Below the pieces are notes generated by a model. The model saw only the letters and a list, made by a program, of their open reading frames with translations, was not told the DNA's origin and ran no database searches. A DNA stretch of 63,076 nucleotides, counting the filler, from Octopus bimaculoides (lineage: Eukaryota), in NCBI RefSeq assembly GCF_001194135.2. It is 6 parts of 5 records of this genome, joined end to end, with 100 filler letters (N's around TTAATTAATTAA, not from the genome) between each part and the next. Parts side by side here need not be neighbours in the genome. Positions count along the whole stretch, not along the records: positions 59,388 to 63,076 come from NC_068984.1; 5 more parts are not named here. The stretch is one strand, 5' to 3'. This document shows positions 60,131-63,076 of this stretch, in pieces (position 1 is the first letter of the stretch; each line of letters opens with the position of its first letter). A program made the translations under genes and the position numbers.

Positions 60131-62247
60131 GAGTGTATCTTTGAGTGTAAATGTGTGTATGCAGGTATGTCTACCTGTATAGTACGTATGTGCATGTGGT
60201 AAGAACGTGTGTTCCGATTCATGGATATATGTGTATTGCGACTTTGGTATGAAGGTTTTTGATTTTAAATTTATTTTACGAACTGTTGAAATTTCTTTGC
60301 AGGATCAGATAATTTAGATTTATATCTATGAAAAGATATAATAGCTTTTCATTTATGAAAATGAATGCATTAACAGATATCGATTATTTGCTTCATTATC
60401 ATTTGACGTAAATAATGACTTCTATTATGTAGCATTTTGACGCAGATATTTAAGTCATATACTGCCTATTAAATACTAACGAAATGTAAACAGAAATAAC
60501 CCTTTTAATCATGCATTTAGAAATGCTATCCCAGCACACTTCCATCTATCGTATGTAAACACCTTATCTTGCCAATTATGACATAATGGAGTTGGCAAAA
60601 TTACGGAATGCACGATTCTCAATTAGTCACCTCATACAATGCTAAGCATTTGTGCTTGATATAATATAAAATATCAGTATGAGTTTAGCAGTTATCTGAT
60701 CTCATGTTTTTATCATTTTGTTATTTCCTTTATATAAAAGAAGAAAGACACCGAGTTATAATCTCAGGATTGAATGGTTTTGTGTCAAATGGGCTCATAC
60801 CCGATTAATTAAAGCAATCTCTCAATCAGGAAAGTCAAAAAACGAAATCAGGAAGACGATAATATCATGCGTGACACTCGTGACACTGTTTTGTGTTTTT
60901 CTTTTTCATATTACATGTTCAATTTATTATGTAGTTTAATATAATATTTACAATTATTCAATCATCTTTGCTATCGAAAGCATTGCTTAACGTTCACGAA
61001 ACAAAGTAAGGGATAGAACGCATCTACATTCTCAGAAAAAACAATTTTACCTTATATAATTTGAATATTGTAACATGGAAATTGTTGACTTACATATTTA
61101 TTATTAATAAACTCAGTTACAAACTTCACTAAAGTATTCAACGGCAACTCGATATGCACAAGCTAGAAAATGTGTTTTTGTGTCTCAATATGAATCAAAT
61201 TAGATCGAGTGAAGATTTAGAATAGATAGGAATTAAACACTGTGAAGGATTATAAACATGCATTTGTTCAGAGACATTGATGCTTCATATACTTGGCCAA
61301 ATTCACCTCTGTCATTCCACAATGCTGAAGCTCGAAATGGAAGATATTCGCTAACGCTTGCAGTTTATAATTACTCCGTAATTTTAAATTGAATATAAAC
61401 ATGTGGGAACGAAAATATTTAAAAGTAGGTGATATTAGATATTTTTATAATTATCTAATATTTGCACTAGAATACAAACAATGTTTCTGAAACTGCAATA
61501 ACTTTTAATTCAATAGTTTCACTCAATTTAAAATGTATTCAATATAGAAGTTTAAAAGCATTTCTATTTGTCACTAAGCTATTACAGACTTAACTTTGTC
61601 TCATACTTTATAACGAGTCGATAATTTAATTTAAAATTAATAAAGCAAGAAAGCCTAACACCCTGTCTGCTGTACTCATATTAAATCATAATTTACATTG
61701 CAATTATAAATTTAATTACATTTTATATTTTTGTTTCTCAGTATGACGTTAGAATATGAAGAGTTCTTGGGAGATCTAAATTCAAATTTCATTACTTTCT
61801 TTATTCCGCTCAGAGACTTGAAATTTAATTTTCTGATAAACATCCGAGACTATTTTATTTTAGATACAAGCGAATATTATGATATATTGGATCGTTTGGG
61901 AGTTCACTATATGTGTGCTTCTAAGGAAGAGGTATCATATAACCAGACATTTGAAAGAATACGTACAGGATAATTACGTGCAGTTAACTTTTGAATGATT
62001 ATGTTTCATGTCGAAATTTCTTGCAGTACCAATAACAAGAATTTGATTCCATGGACTATAATTCTCTCAGCAATCTGAACAAATCATAAGTTGTTCGGAG
62101 TGTTTCATATTTGATTATTTCATCAGAGTGTAATACTGGAAGATCTTTTATATTTAACGGCTTATCATACAGCAAACTAATCTATTTCCGTATACCTATT
62201 ATATTAACCTTCTGTATGTACCGTTATTTAAGTCTATCTGTGTGTAC

Positions 62248-62282
<35 letters not shown>

Positions 62283-62894
62283 CACACACACATACACACA
62301 CACACAAACACACACATATATAAATTAAATTCTTCGTCCTTAATATTAAGGATTTACATGTTTGAGCAATGGTGGAGAGCAAGACTCGTTCAACTAATAC
62401 TAGGATTCATTTGTCGGCGGTAGCCATTGACATGTCCGTAAACAACGTGATGGTAAATGTATTCTGTCTTACTAGCAGCTGTTATGGACTATTGGACAGG
62501 AAATATTTCCCGAGAAAAAATGATGTTAAGAATACCCTATTGGAATGTATTTGTTTAGTGTAGATAAACAGCTCGTTTTATAGCACATTCGAGATTTTTG
62601 TTCCATCATAAAACACACAACCATTGAATGGCGGAAGTTTTAGGAGTTCAGCACATGATGCGTTTGGTAGAAATAACTGATGTAAAGTGTCATGAGAAAT
62701 GGTTCCTATATGAACCAAATTAAAGACTTTGATATACCCGACATGATATTTTGCATAGGTGCAACGATATCATCATGTTACGCTATATTGTATTACACAC
62801 ACACACGCGCGCGCGCGCGCATATATATGTATATATATGCAGGTGCGGCTCTATGGTAAGAAGCTTGCTTCCAAACCACATGGTTACGAATTTG

Positions 62895-63052
62895 GTTCGA
62901 TGTCGATTTCACTTGCCTCAACAGGACTTCGCAAGCACAGTTTAGTGTCCAAGGAAGGAAAAGTACGCATTAGTGGGCTGGCTACACACCTGGCAGAGGC
63001 CTCGGATTATGGTCTCACTTGGCTTGCCGTGTCTTCTCGGGCACTGCATATT
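62895..63052 (-). mobile_element. RTE ORF end/3' UTR fragment fused to a family B SINE head (62820-62890, +)
   Basis: cgatttcacttgcctcaacagg...ggtctcacttggcttgcc matches 15165-15310. Confidence 0.85.
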
Positions 63053-63076
63053 GGTATATATATATATATGTGTGTG

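Overview
Eukaryotic, AT-rich, gap-rich draft genomic DNA. The tRNA-derived SINE families, RTE-tail repeats and very dense microsatellites point to an octopus; this is an inference from repeat content. No complete protein-coding gene, rRNA, true tRNA or CRISPR array is visible, and most long ORFs in the supplied track are N-gap or microsatellite artefacts. The window is mostly transposon-derived: a near full-length RTE LINE (minus, ~14.7-19.8 kb), many RTE 3' fragments, Penelope-like (PLE) RT and GIY-YIG fragments, CR1-like and R4/Dong-like fragments, hAT MITEs, a hAT transposase remnant and about 25 SINEs. Two signals stand out that the ORF track misses. (1) Four minimal hammerhead-ribozyme (HHR)-like motifs from three families have palindromic stem III, as in PLE-associated dimerising hammerheads; two families have unusual cores (A6U, and a G3:C8 swap inside a foldback). 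(2) A tandemly duplicated 108-nt phase-2 exon cassette on the minus strand (7.2-11.9 kb) encodes a Thr/Glu-rich, N-sequon-bearing repeat; its copies are in different states of decay, and a phase-compatible 15-nt microexon candidate lies downstream. All calls were made by eye, without database searches.
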